Assembly (NCBI RefSeq): GCF_006345805.1 | Contig: NC_043012.1 | Span: 16,740,001-16,804,000 of the forward strand | Direction: 5' to 3' | DNA: 64,000 nucleotides | Source: Octopus sinensis | Taxonomy: Eukaryota | In this document: in pieces, positions 63,487 to 64,000 of the stretch | Position numbering within the stretch: the first letter of the stretch is position 1 | How the letters are laid out: each line of letters opens with the position of its first letter | The notes under the pieces: model-generated | Database searches by the model: none | Seen by the model: the letters and a program-made list of their open reading frames with translations, nothing else | What the model was told of the DNA's origin: nothing | Position numbers and translations under genes: made by a program

Positions 63487-63555
<69 letters not shown>

Positions 63556-63898
63556 ACGCATTATATATACAAATGTATACAAATGAGATATAGATCTGTA
63601 TAAATTAAATTAGAGATAAAACCACTAATAGGCAAATCAAACAGTGAAAAACCAAACACAAAAACATTAAAAAAATATAATATAGAAAATATATAAAATA
63701 TAAAATTGAAAAATTGAAATTATTTAAATTGAAAATAAAAATTATTAAATTATATTTATAATAATTTGTTTAAAATATATATAACTATGAAAAAGTATGA
63801 AAAAGTTTAACATACATAAATAAAAGATATACACTTTGTATATATACATTATATATACATATTTATATATAGAACACACACATACATATATATACATA

Positions 63899-64000
63899 TC
63901 TATATATATAAAACTGTATGTGTGTGAGTGTCTGTCTCCTACGATTTAGATTCCTAACTACTCCCACATTTTGCGATGCAGTTTAACCAAAACCGGGTAT
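63899..64000 (+). mobile_element. Non-autonomous Helitron, 5' part (runs off the window)
   Basis: A|TCTATATATATAAAAC..GTCTCCTACGATTTAGATTCCTAACTACTCCC matches 40377 and 44604. Confidence 0.85.

Overview
AT-rich eukaryotic genomic DNA. The SINE families, (TA)n/(CA)n/(AAT)n/(GAT)n microsatellites and RTE/Penelope remnants match what I recall of Octopus (coleoid cephalopod) genomes; the taxon is an inference. The window is almost entirely repeats: four to five tRNA-headed or RTE-tailed SINE families; decayed non-LTR retrotransposons (R4/Dong-like RLE, RTE, RTE-X, CR1/Jockey-like); a Penelope-like element (RT + GIY-YIG); non-autonomous Helitrons and a HINE; Tc1/mariner elements including a DD41D copy; a hAT remnant; several foldback MITEs; a ~1.57 kb (AGCCA)n array; and a ~6 kb 29-bp minisatellite. 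No intact host gene can be called with confidence, and most supplied ORFs are microsatellite artefacts. Highlights: (i) about ten hammerhead-ribozyme (HHR) motifs from several families, including one carried by a tRNA-head-(AAT)n element that looks like a Pol III retrozyme/SINE; (ii) a cryptic 73-aa signal-peptide + six-cysteine beta-defensin-like reading frame at 3862-4084, broken by a single extra base; (iii) a double-ended Helitron 3' hairpin next to the AGCCA array. SINE and LINE boundaries are approximate (tens of bp).
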